A stretch of DNA of 64,000 nt from Iphione sp. A-MEVVRFRX5 (Eukaryota), in assembly GCA_976226885.1 (NCBI GenBank), contig OZ320313.1, positions 68,696,001 through 68,760,000 of the forward strand. Reading direction: 5' to 3'. A program made the translations under genes and the position numbers. Shown in pieces: positions 50,501 to 61,504 of the stretch. A model generated the notes under the pieces. The model had not been told where the DNA came from. It saw only the letters and a list, made by a program, of their open reading frames with translations, and did not search any database. Position 1 is the first letter of the stretch. The number at the start of each line of letters is the position of its first letter.

Positions 50501-53500
50501 GCTTGATATTGGTGGCTGGTCAAGGCTTTAACATGGTGACACCATGGAGAGAGCCGACACTGCTCCTGTACACTACCCTCGCACACCATACCATACCCCA
50601 CCCCTATGTCACCAAGCTGCATCACAAAGTAGCCCTGTTACCAATGGAGGTCATATCTGCGGTCAAAGTGTGAGGTCAGCAGATAGAATGACCTCCATTA
50701 TATGCATCCGGTCGAAACTGAAACTGGGGGAGGAGCCTATTCTTTGATCTTAGAGCCGGCATGGAGGCTGGGCCTCCAGTACCACTTCTCCTGAAACCCT
50801 ATGGGAGTACCTATGTTGGAACTCAAATCCTGATTTCTTTCAAGTTGAGTGTAAGGGGGAGGAGGCCAGAGCGGGAGGGAACAAGATAAGATTGAGTGAC
50901 AGCTCCTCAGAGAGCAGGAGGGAACTGGGTGGGGAGTGTCAAGCATGCTACTGGACCACGAGGACAAGGGGGGACTAGAGTGGGAGGGAACCGGGTGGGA
51001 GTATCAAGTACAGGCTGCTGCCGGGGTGTCTGATCTCCCGAGGGGAGGGAGCGAGAGCCAACAGGCTGCTGCTGGGGCGTCCAGTCGCACCATGACTGCG
51101 AGCAGGCAAGGGGGAGGGAGTTGGAGCCAGCAGACTGCTGCCGGGGTGTCCGGTCGCACCCTGGCTACGAACACCTGAAGGCAGGGGGCTACAGCAGGAG
51201 GGAACCCGCCACCGCTGGTCCCCGGCCCGCAAAAGTCGGCATTTTGCGTGAAATTTAGTGAGAGAACCACTGAGAGCTGCTTGGGTGCTTGAGTCAAGCT
51301 AAAAGTCGGCATATTTTGTGAAAAGTAGTGCCCCTTCACTGGGTCAGTGATTGAGAGAATATGACCTCCATATGCAGCGTTCGCTGCAGGTATCTTGTCA
51401 GGCATACGTGACCATTGTTTATAATCATTAATATATCTTCTTTATACATATATTTTTCTCCTTTTAGGCCGAATCCACCAAAGACGTCGCAGCTTCGAAG
51501 GAGGCACTTGAGAGAGCTAGATCTGCTTTCCAGCAAAGTCTGGATTGCTGTGAGAAATTGGAATCAGGAATATCACGCAAAGAATATGCAGAAATGAAGT
51601 CTAGACTGTTGTTAAATATAGGTACGATAAACAAGTTACCCTGCGTGAAAATGCTGACTGACTTTTAGAGAATGCACACACACTGATTTTTCATGAAGTT
51701 CTTTCATGAGGAATGATTTGAAGAAAACACGTAGTCTTCAATGAGTTGGTGTAATTAATATGCAGCCAAACCTCCCGACTTTTACTTTATGGTTGAAAGA
51801 ATTTTGCCTGCTTCTGGTGGCCGGTGTGATCAAAATTTTGAGTAATTTGAAGTTTTGTCTTCTAAGTAGTGAGGTCTGACTGTGTTGTTATGTAAAACAG
51901 TTCTTTTTATTGTTTCTTGATTCATTTATTTCAGGTATTGTCCTTGAACAGAAGGGCAATATAAAAAGGGCCTCTGAATTGCTGAAACAAGCTATACAAA
52001 TATCGCAGTAAGTAATGTATATATTTTACAGATGGCTATATGGTCAATGATGGCAGAAAACTGGAATTTTCTCCATTGTACAGTTACTATTCAGGGGCCA
52101 AGTAATGTATAGTAAAACCAATTTTGTTTTCCATATAGTCTGCCAATGTATTTAGGGAATGTTACCATACATTTCATGTCTGTAAAATGTTTTCATTTTT
52201 TCCTGCAAGGACACATAATCTAAAGGAGGATCTATACCGTTGTCAGCATACCCTGGCTGAGATGTTCAAGAAGCATGGACATCTTGGCCAGGCTATCCGT
52301 CTTTATGACATGGCTCTCAAATACTGCCAGTCAGTGAAGGACAAAGTGGCTGAGGTGGAGATTCTTACACAGAAGAGTTTGGTAAGCGTCGTACACGTAC
52401 ATGTAATTGGACATAGTGTACGTGGCACTTCTGTTTTCTTCTTGAAGTTGCATTACATGTATTTGTACAGAAGTAGAGTATATGTGGTGTACATGTACAT
52501 TTGAAACTTATTAACCAGATTACGTCCGTCACATAGATTTTTGTACAGATACCGGATAATCTGTTTACTCAAACAGGAAAACATAAAGTAAAATACATCC
52601 ATCCCTCAAGTTGAGTTATGGTTAATGCAGTTTTCCGGTTGTCAAGTCTCCAGATGGCAAGGTTCAACTGTAGTTGTTATGTAGCTATCACCTCTGTAGA
52701 GTCTGCCTTTATACCCAGATAAGGTGTTAGAGCTGGTCAATTCTTTTGAGGTCCAGCATTTTGGCCATATTAGACATAACTGATACATACCAGAGTGCAT
52801 TTAAAGATTACTGTCTTGCTTTCAACTTAAAAGTCATCAGGTTTGCGGTTTCAGTTCTACACACCCTACCTTTGAAGTTTGATCTGAATATCTTATTCCA
52901 GATTTATGTTCAGCTTGGTGACTTGTTTGCTGCTCAGCGTGCCATAAGGAAAGTCTACAAGAGCAGTGCCTCAAGTGAAGATACCAGAGAACGAGCGTCT
53001 ATGATTTTCAAGACTGGTAAATAGTGAATAATTGAGAATTGATCAGTTTTGTTTAATCACAAGCACCTTTGGCGCCTGCACTGGTTGGAAAGAGTGGGCA
53101 TGTAGGTTTGTGGGGGTAGTCACAGACTGGTGGGGGGGGAGAGGGGTCAAAGTACAGACTCATCTGGCCTTTTACAACCCTCGGTTCTGCTTGACTGGAC
53201 AGAGGTGGGGTACTGTTTACAAATCTGCGTAGGGATACTAAGCAGGGTTCCTACTGCACAGGGAAAACAGGGAAAATGGCCCAAAAAATTCCCTGTCCGG
53301 GAAAACACAGGGAATTTGGAAATTTGGGGCAAACACAGGGAAAAAAATTTTGAAAATCCATTTTAAAAAATCAAAAAATTGTTCATCATTAGTTGAAAAA
53401 TCATCCATATGTAATAAATTAGTAAGAAATACTGCATAGCAGTCATGAACATTAACTGCTTGTATTTTCAATGGAGGTCATATTTGCACTGGAAGTGGAG

Positions 53501-56500
53501 ATCAGCAGATAGGATGACCTCCATTAGTGGAGCCAGGAAAACCTGAAAAAGGGGGAAGGAGCCTATTCTTTGAAGTTAGAGCCAGTTTGGAGGCTGGGCC
53601 TCCAAGTACGACTAAGAAAAAGTGATGTCATGTTGCACAATCCCCCCTTTCCCCCTATAGCGGGAGGGAACTGTGGGACTCAGTGTTATATCATGTTGCA
53701 CAAGCCCCCCTCCTGCAGGGGAGATGGCCAGAGCAGGAGGGAACTGGGTGGGAGTGTCAATCACCCTGCCCTGACCACGAGCGCCCGAGGGGGAGATGGC
53801 CAGAGCGGGAGGGAACATGAGTAAGAGTATGAGTGAGAACATGAGTGAGAACATGACAATCAGTGAGAACATGAGTGAGAGTATGAATGAAACCATAAGT
53901 ATCAGTGAGAACATGAAGAGAGCACAGGTGTTAATGAGAACATGAATATGAGTGAGAACATAACAGAGTATGTGTGTGTGAGTATGAGTGTGTGAGAACA
54001 TCACTAAAAATAAGATTGAGAACATGAGTATCAGTAAGAACATGAAGAGAGCAGGAATATGAATGAGAACACGGATGTGAGTAAGAACATATTGGAGAAT
54101 ATGAACATAGAGTGACCCAGTCAAAAGGTGGGTAAAGAGAAAAAACTGTGATAACTTAGAGACTATTGTAAATAGAAGGATGGGACTTCAATGAAAATGG
54201 TCCATGGAAATGGATACAGGTGGTAGAGGGTTGTCAGGATGACCTGGTGTATGCACATGAAAAGAGAAAAACTATGATATCTTGACAACTATGAATTCAC
54301 ATGTACCATTTCAACATTATAGAGGAAGAATATGACCTCCATTTGCAGCCCTGGCTGCACCTGTTACTTGTCCTTTGACATATTATATGCTAGAGAACAA
54401 CAAACTTGGATTATAATTTGATAACTCAAAGTCCTGTTATGTACAATTATACAGAAACCAACACAGGGAAAACTGCCATGGCACAGGGAAAACTCAGGGA
54501 AAACACAGGGAATTTCAAAAATGAAATTTGAGTGGGAACCCTAAGGAAATAGTCCAATGTCATGTTGTGTTTCAACTTACCGCTGTCATAATCAAGATAA
54601 TTTAAACAGCACATTTTCTTCTACAATATTTTCACTGACCACATGAGTAAATATAAAAAATAAGTTCCCTGTCTGAAATCTCATTTGGGTGAGAGCTTTC
54701 CCCCACAACCAGACTTCTTTCGGGCAACGTGTTATATACGTAGTGTAATAACACAACAATGGAACTCTTGCAGCATAAAATTGTATTTTGCTGTATATGC
54801 TCTCCACTGTCCCGCTGTTTTCTCACCTTTAGAGGTCTGCCTGACGTTGGGACCTCTTTCTCCTTCATTAGCGCAGACTTCCATCATTAGCACTTGTCCC
54901 TTTATTGTTCCCCACCTCATAGAGAAGGGGGGGAGGACATTAGGAATGCTGCTGTCCCAACCTTCTGTCACACTCTTGTAGGTCTTATAACTCTCAAACC
55001 GTCCACTCAAAAGAACTGATTTTAATATATATTTCTATACATGGTTCTATGACACCGGGTAAATTTGATAGTAATTTAAGTATTTTAAGGATGAAATTAT
55101 GCCAATTTTACTCTTTTGCTAACATACCTACTCGATTTAGAGATTCCTTTGTATAATAACTAGTCTTTAAATGAGGTACCGGTATGATGATCCTGGCCAC
55201 AAATCCTCTTTTGATGTATGTAACAGTCAGGTTAAATAAACTGATTTAATAATAATAATAGGTCTGACAATGCACACACATGCACACACACATTCATCAA
55301 TACCTCCCTTCTACCAGTATCAGCTTGTAGCAGATGGTGCTCAGTCAGGCAGAACTGATGGTGGTCTGTCCAGTGAGGCAGAACTGAGGTTTGTGTGCTC
55401 AGTGAGGCAGAACTGAGGGTTGTAAACCTGAAGGACTTAAACAAGCCCATCCAATCACCCCAACAGAAGGTGCCAATCAAAGTGGTTGTAAAGAGACAGA
55501 GACACCACACACACACACAAACACACACACATACACACTCTGTCTCTCTCTCTTTTTCTCTTTCTCTCTCCCCTCCACCCACCTGGGCAGTTGGTGGCTG
55601 GGGACAATAGACCTCACTGGTCAACACTCTTGTTTTCTTTGAAGTTTGGCCAATTTTAAATAGCAATTTCTGGGGGAGGGAGACGGAACTGATGGGGCAA
55701 TGGGGGTGGTGGATGATGGGTTTCATGCAATTCAACGAAGAGAGGAGTTCTGTTGTCCATGAACTGGACCACAGGTGGGTGGTATTCTGCAGTAAGAGAG
55801 GGTTCCGTTTTCAGACTGGATATCAGAGGTGGGTGGGTGTCAGGAGTTATAGAAACGTGGCTGGGACCGTTGCAACAGCTCTTTACCACATACATGTATA
55901 CAGACATACTCCTGTAAAATTGAATTAATGCATATTTTTAATGCTGGGCTTGGTGCAACTCTGTCCTGTCCTCCGGTCTAAATGCATATAATGCTGGGCT
56001 TGGTGCAACTTTATCCCTCTGTCCCCCAGTCTATCTCCTTCGCCTTTCATTGTCGTTCTCCTGCCCTCCCTCTCTCCCTTGCACTCTTCCTTTTCTTCCC
56101 GTCTTCCTCTTTCTCATCCATCTCCTCCTGTGAAATGAAACACATAAGAAATTGTACAGACAAATGCATCGGTCAGTAACAAAATGTATTTGGTAAAGCA
56201 TACACATTTGTGCATTTGTTACAGTTATCATTAACTATTGTGCACAGTTATTTGTATCAGTAGCACACCAATCGATCAATTTAGTTTGTATGGTTCCCTG
56301 GAATATCAATCAAAACCCAGAGTCCCAAGTCTTGGTGATACGTTTGGCTTACGTCTGATTCTTGTTACAATCATTCAATGTTTCAGGGAGTCAGTTCCCT
56401 TCTTTAGGAGTAGGTCAGTTATTTAGTATTACTTAAGCATATCAATTATGATGAGCAAATTGACTTATGCAACTGGATCAAATTGGGGTCAAAGTTCAAG

Positions 56501-56725
56501 GCTCAATTACTAGGTCAAGTAAGGCAAAGGCGGAGGTATGTTTCTTAAGAGAGAAAAAAATTATTATTTTTTGTTCCAGTAATTGTCATGGATCGTTTAA
56601 TGGAGACATTAAAGAAGACACCTGAAGATGATTATGAAAGTCGAATGGTAATCTATGAAAAAATGGGTGACAGAGCTGCCCAGGTAGAAAGTTTCAAACA
56701 AGCTATTGCCTCATATCAAAATATG
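38577..56725 (+). CDS. TONSL: Tonsoku-like protein (TONSL/NFKBIL2), N-terminal TPR region; partial, continues past the window
   Basis: Exons: 38577-38592, 48481-48576, 49943-50181, 51468-51621, 51935-52007, 52210-52381, 52902-53016, 56580-56725 (1011 nt, phases compatible, GT-AG). The translation MDEIDKYRKEKRKAERKGNLKEASQFCNFLGELLAKQGRYEEAIEEHQQEL..GVAVANRKIGECY..QRAFATIGRTYL..EMKSRLLLNIG..LGDLFAAQRAIRK..IYEKMGD matches TONSL TPRs. The 16-nt first exon is inferred from its GTAAGT donor, phase and promoter context. Confidence 0.9.
38919..39103. mobile_element. hAT-like MITE (185 bp)
   Basis: TIR CAGGGCTGGG...CCCAGCCCTG with internal TGTCGC repeats. Confidence 0.7.
39950..40352. mobile_element. 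MITE with GTCCAAAC-repeat TIRs, 7-bp TSD and an internal (TTAGGG)3 core
   Basis: AGGTAGT-CGGGTCTGAGTCCAAACG ... CGTTTGGACTGGAACCCG-AGGTAGT. Confidence 0.85.
40829..41604. mobile_element. Tc1/mariner-superfamily non-autonomous element with internal tandem repeats
   Basis: TA-CAGTGCAGTCTCTATT ... AATAGAGACTCCACTG-TA. Confidence 0.75.
44402..44523. mobile_element. Small fold-back (hairpin) insertion within the DIRS element
   Basis: gtgacgggtagcgcggacgtaattttt.. versus reverse-complemented right end gtaacgggtagcgtggtcgtaattttt.. Confidence 0.75.
46048..46611 (+). mobile_element. Solo LTR (564 bp) related to the LTR at 56892-57896
   Basis: TGTAG...ATTACA ends, perfect 4-bp TSD GTAT (46044-47 and 46612-15), TATAAATA and AATAAA. 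Shares ccaagtgca(g/a)actgttttattggcc(t/a)cacagggccc and other blocks with the 57-kb LTR in opposite orientation. Confidence 0.88.
50646..51369. mobile_element. Non-autonomous DNA transposon, ISL2EU-like (GG..CC ends, AT TSD), copy 1
   Basis: AT-GGAGGTCATAT ... ATATGACCTCC-AT. Confidence 0.7.
53243..54543. mobile_element. hAT-like non-autonomous element (CAGGGTTCC TIR, CAGGGAAAA sub-repeats) hosting a nested insertion
   Basis: CAGGGTTCC at 53243 and GGGAACCCT at 54534-54542. No clear TSD. Confidence 0.6.
53473..54340. mobile_element. ISL2EU-like element, copy 2, with a (GAGTGAGAACAT)n tract
   Basis: AT-GGAGGTCATAT...ATATGACCTCC-AT. The first ~130 bp are homologous to the element at 50646. 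Confidence 0.7.
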
Positions 56726-56891
56726 GTAAGTTCCTGTATTTATTGAAGTTGACTTATTGTACATTGTTATCGTAATACATGACCTGCACTCAGGTCTTAA
56801 AATACCTATGCTGTTAGGTGGTGTGTGTCACACAGAAAGGAAGTTTTTTTTAGTAAAAATTGGAAAAATTTAGTGGGGTGTCTTTTGATAT

Positions 56892-57896
56892 TGTAATTTA
56901 ATGGCTGACTTCCTCACTTGGTGTAATCCAACTAAGTCCAACTCGCTTAGTTACTCCACTATAATTCCAGTGATATCTTATCCAAGTCCTAACTCCAGGA
57001 TAATTCTCTGTTAAATCTCCCACTTGGTAGATCCAGCTATGTCTAGTGCTATCCTGTCTCAGTTACTTCACTGTAGTCCCAGTGCGGTTACATCCAAGTG
57101 CCAACCCTAGGTAATCCAAGTGGGTTTGTTACATCCCCAAATCAACAAGGTCCACTAGTGAGGTCCAAGTGCAAACTGTTTTATTGGCCACACAGGGCCC
57201 ATATTTATAGTCAAACTCCTGGCCATGTGATCAATACAATGTATCAGTCATGGAATAAAAAGGCTACAACATCCCAAAGATTTTTTTTGTCTACCAATCA
57301 TATTGCAGGTGCCTTGTCATCCAGGGTCCAAGGTGACCTTAAACATCCTATATGCCTGGGGTACCACAGGCCATTTAGCATAAATGACTGTGGTGCCATA
57401 GGCGGCCCTAAGCTTACTCTCCAGTACACATGCACTAAAGTCTTAGAGTTCACCAAGTACAACACAAGTGGCTGTGGTGCCACAGGCAACGTTACTATTA
57501 CAATCTATACGACTGTGGCGCCGCAGGCAACGTCACTACTAAGTCTTAGAGTTCATCAAGTACAACATAAGTGACTGTGGTGTCACAGGCAACGTTACTA
57601 CTACCACCTACACAACTGTGGTGCCACAGGCAACATTACTACTAAGTCTTAGAGTTCATCAAGTGCAACACAAGTGGCTGTGGAACCACAGGCAGTATTA
57701 CTATTACGTCTTAGAGTTCGCTAAGTACAACACGAGTGGCTGTGATGCCACAGGCGACATTACTACTAAATCCTAGAGTTCATCAAGTGCAACACAAGTG
57801 GCCGTGGAACCACAGGCAGTATTACTATTACGTCTTAGAGTTCGCTAAGTACAACACGAGTGGTTGTGGTGCCACAGGTAACATTATCACATTACA
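56892..57896 (-). repeat. 3' LTR (~1005 bp) with a tandemly expanded U3
   Basis: TG...CA ends, minus-strand TATAAATA and AATAAA near 57180-57208, tandem units actaagtcttagagttc(a/g)..aagt(a/g)caacac(a/g)agtgg at 57435-57890. Confidence 0.85.
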
Positions 57897-57959
57897 CTCT
57901 CCCCACCTTAAAAATAGCCTGCCGGGGGAAGTGAAAACCTGTTTCCCTGAGAAGTACAT

Positions 57960-58620
57960 CCTGAGCCAATATAAACCTCCATAGAGGGTAACAGTTGATC
58001 TACTAACTCCTTGGATAAATACTAGTAAATTTAGCAAAGCCTCCATAGGAGGTAATGGTCACCTAAGCAGCAAACTTTTCCTGAGTATACAAGTTAATCA
58101 TTTAATCTGGCAAAGCCTCCCTAGGAGGTAGTGATATCACAATAACCCAAAAGATCACAGATTAACATCCCAGTAACTGTAAGAGCCTTACTCTTTTTGT
58201 GGGGGTACAGTCCCCCTTTCATTTTACTGTTAACGTCCTCACTCTAACAACCCTTGAGTAGATGTGGGTAGATCTGACAAAGCCTCCGTAGGAGGTAGTA
58301 ATTGTCTAGGTAACACAAGATATCACAATAAATAAAAGATCACAGCTTAGCATTCCAGTAACCGTAACATCCCTGCTCTTTTTGTGGGGGTACAGTCCCC
58401 CTTTCATTTAACTGTTAACGTCCTCTACCTGTCCTCCGAGTACACAGGTTAAAGCTATCTAATCTGGCAAAGCCTCCATAGGAGGTAGTGATTAACAAAC
58501 AACATCAGTAACAAGGGTAAACTAGCGCAAAAAGACTCGTCCTATCACATGGCATACATCTCAACGATTTTTTTCTGGGGGTACAGTCCCCCTTTCAGTT
58601 ATACCTATCCAACATCTTTC
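57960..58620. repeat. Imperfect tandem repeats between the accessory ORF and the PPT
   Basis: Recurrent caaagcctcc(a/c/g)taggaggt and tttgtgggggtacagtccccctttc blocks. Confidence 0.8.
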
Positions 58621-58684
58621 ACAATCCACCCTGGCAGTTCCTTGTCATTACTCTGGGTGGATTCCCAGCTCCCCCCCCGTTTTC

Positions 58685-60262
58685 CTAAGCCGCGCGGGAA
58701 TCATGGGTCATTGTGGTGTCAGGGGTCGGGCATGGGGCAGAGTTAACGTCAGTCGTCGGCACTCGGATCTGAACGGGAGGTGCCCCCATACATATGTCGT
58801 ATATTGTTGGCTGTGTACTCTGCCGATGGGCGCGGACCTCCTGAACCTCACGTTGCCACCCGGGATCGTAGATTCGCGTTTTACTGGGCCCCCATCGCAT
58901 GGACTCTAGCACTCTTTCGGCGGCGTCGACGGTCTGGTTATGCGTCGAAAGTGTGGAGTCCAGTCGCCCCCAGTCTTGGGAGATAGGTAAAGACACCCCC
59001 GGCAGCAGCAGAGTAGGTCGTTGGCACAGGGGCTCCAGAAGAGTGCCGGGTAGGGCCTCCTCATCCTCCGCTAGGCACAACACCCAGGCAAGGGCTGCCC
59101 CTGCCATCAGTCGCTGCGCCCCAGTCATGTCATGCCACCGACGTGGGGGCCAGGTAATGGCCGGCGGCAGACGAACAGCCGCTGGGACCACACTGGCCCT
59201 CATGGCCGGCTGGTGAGGTCGAATGAGACCATCCAAGACGTCCCGCATCCTCCGGGACACGGGTTTCACGAACTCCGGAGGCAGATACCGTTGCACTAAT
59301 TGCATCAGGTGCCCTCCCGGCAGGGTTGGCGACGTGGGGGCGTCTCCTCCCTCCCCAGGCAGGAGAAGAGGATCGGCTGTCGCGACTGCCCCCTCCGGCT
59401 CTGTGGCTGCGCGCAGCTGTGCCAACACGGCATCAAAGTCCTCCACCTCGGGTAGGCCGGCCCGCTCCTCTCCAGATGTGTCGCCCCCTACCGGTAGGTC
59501 TGCGGGAGGTGTATACGGTACCACTGGGAGGTCCAGCTCGGGAAGGGCTGGGTTTGCCTCATCCGGTGCGCCCACCTCTGGTTCACGCTCAGGCTCGATT
59601 ACTTGGTCTGCCTGCGCCTCGGGCCCCAATGGCTCAGGGCCTTCCCCGTTCAACCCTTGTGGCTCCAGAGGGGCCGGAGGAGCTGGAGCAGGGTCGGGGA
59701 CTGGGGGATTTTGTACCTCTGGTGCGGCGTGGCCATCCCCCTCAAGACCTCCTTCTGCTCCCTCCCGTGGGGGAGAGCCCAGTCGTACATATCGGGGGAG
59801 TGGGGGTGGAGCTGCTCGTCGGGGGCACGTGGCTAAGTAGCTCATGATCTCCTCCTCCCCCAGGTACCCTCCTTCTAGTCGTCTCAGTCGGGCCTTACAT
59901 AACGCCGCTGTAAGTTCGTCATCTGGCACAGCGATAGTCTGTCCCCCCAGTGGGGCTACATCATACAAGGGCCGGTACAATTTCTCGGTCAAACCTAGCG
60001 CTACTACCCAGGGGTGGTAGTTCCTCTGGTGGGTCACCCAGTAGTGCTCATCTGTGATGTAACTGGGGCACCAGAGGCACATCATGTCCCTCCCTCGTTT
60101 CCCATGATGCTTCTCATCTAGGTGACGCTCAAAAGAGGGGCCCTTGAAGAAGGGACGCTTGCGGGGTAGACATAGCTCGCACAGCTTTACCCCTGGGGGA
60201 AGGGGTCCCTCAGATTTCCAAGTAAGCGGGAGGCGGGGCGTTGTAATTTTCTCCCGCGGCAT
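58685..60262 (-). CDS. Retrotransposon accessory ORF: two C2H2-type zinc fingers, Pro/Glu-rich linker and C-terminal helical domain (525 aa)
   Basis: ATG at 60262 in ACCATG context, no internal stops. CELC-x15-HLDEKH and CLWC-x12-HQRNYH at 60014-60181. Confidence 0.75.
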   Translation of the reverse strand: MPREKITTPRLPLTWKSEGPLPPGVKLCELCLPRKRPFFKGPSFERHLDEKHHGKRGRDMMCLWCPSYITDEHYWVTHQRNYHPWVVALGLTEKLYRPLYDVAPLGGQTIAVPDDELTAALCKARLRRLEGGYLGEEEIMSYLATCPRRAAPPPLPRYVRLGSPPREGAEGGLEGDGHAAPEVQNPPVPDPAPAPPAPLEPQGLNGEGPEPLGPEAQADQVIEPEREPEVGAPDEANPALPELDLPVVPYTPPADLPVGGDTSGEERAGLPEVEDFDAVLAQLRAATEPEGAVATADPLLLPGEGGDAPTSPTLPGGHLMQLVQRYLPPEFVKPVSRRMRDVLDGLIRPHQPAMRASVVPAAVRLPPAITWPPRRWHDMTGAQRLMAGAALAWVLCLAEDEEALPGTLLEPLCQRPTLLLPGVSLPISQDWGRLDSTLSTHNQTVDAAERVLESMRWGPSKTRIYDPGWQREVQEVRAHRQSTQPTIYDICMGAPPVQIRVPTTDVNSAPCPTPDTTMTHDSRAA

Positions 60263-61127
60263 GGTAGGCCGTCTCGGTAACCGGTCAGTCTTGGCTCGGT
60301 CAGTCGTGGCTCGGTCGGTCAGTGGCCGTCCGCAGTCAACTGTGGGGTCACAGTGACCAGGGAACACTCACCAGTCCGGGGCGGTGTGGCTGTGGGGGCA
60401 CAGTCGATAATCGCCAGACTCGTTTGGTCGGTGGTAGAGCTAGTGTCCCCCGCGGAGGTCAACTCCTATCTCTAGTCCAGTCGCTTAGTCCTCGGTGATA
60501 CCCCCTGCGGGCCCGCAGTCCAAAACAAAGTGTAGATGTCCCTGCGGGGTCACAGGCGTAATTACCAACCTGACTGTGGGGGCGCAGTCGAAGTCAGCGG
60601 CCGGCGTCCTCGTCGAAAATTTCAAGCGGTAGACCTCCCTGTGGCACCACAACCGCGATAATTCCTCTCTCCCATGCTGTCTGACGACCTTTCTCGCCTT
60701 TCTATCTCCCTCTCTTCAACTGTGCTTTCAGCCGGTGTTGGGGTTCTTGGCTTTTCCTCTCTTCACTGAATTACGGTAGAAGGGGTTCCCCAGAAACGAA
60801 AGCGAGGCTGGCGGATGTTTGGGTTGTCCGCTTCCGGGATTCCCCCCTTCTTGACTGTGGGCCCCCAGTCACCGAGTCGTTTATCGACTGTGGTACCACA
60901 GCCTCTGAATTCCTGCTTTTCTCCCATTTAACCCCCCTTTTAGAGGTTCATTCGGCCTCTCTCCCTACGAATTACGCTGAATCTGGGTAGAGATGTCCCC
61001 TCGGCCTGCGTCCTCGCAGTTCCGCTGTCGTAAGTTCCGTGTCACTGCGGTTCCACAGTCGTATCGTCAATGTGATTACGCAGTTTCCCACTCGACTGCG
61101 GTTCCCCAGTCGATTCCATCTGTTCGC

Positions 61128-61164
61128 TATATAAGAGCGTGCGATCGGCGGCTACCCGTCAGTC
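61128..61164 (+). promoter_or_regulatory. Pol II core promoter of the antisense accessory gene (TATA + Inr)
   Basis: TATATAAG at 61128-61135 and TCAGTC initiator at 61159-61164 (A at +33 from the TATA start), 33 nt upstream of ATG 61194. Confidence 0.6.
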
Positions 61165-61193
61165 CGACACTAGACCTCAGGCAGTACACATCA

Positions 61194-61458
61194 ATGGAAC
61201 TACCAGCGTACCTTGCAGGCCTCTCCCAGGGAGGGGCCTTTCTACCAGAAGACCAGGAGAGGTGCCCTCCTGTGGGAGAGGATTACTTCCCTGAAGAGCA
61301 GAAAGGTTATCCCCCCATGGAGGATAGGTAGGCACTTACATGCAGCTAGGGGCCTTCTCCAGTTACCAATTGCCATGTTGGATTTCCTGAAGCTGGTTAC
61401 TGATGTTCCTTTGGAGGTTCCAGGTGAGTTCCAGGTTTTTACAGTTACTTGTGTTGTA

Positions 61459-61504
<46 letters not shown>

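Noticed and set aside
52610-52680. A-box/B-box-like motifs suggesting a tRNA or SINE head
   Set aside because: No cloverleaf can be folded and the matches are too weak.
57435-57890. Repeat-spacer-like array resembling CRISPR
   Set aside because: The 'spacers' are homologous to each other, the array lies inside an LTR of a eukaryotic retrotransposon, and there are no cas genes.
59223-59847. Plus-strand ORFs (205 and 173 aa) opposite the zinc-finger ORF
   Set aside because: Shadow frames of GC-rich coding sequence, with no motifs or promoter signals.
60366-60372. Minus-strand GTGAGT donor upstream of the zinc-finger ORF
   Set aside because: No convincing downstream acceptor was found before the ATG, so it cannot be assigned.
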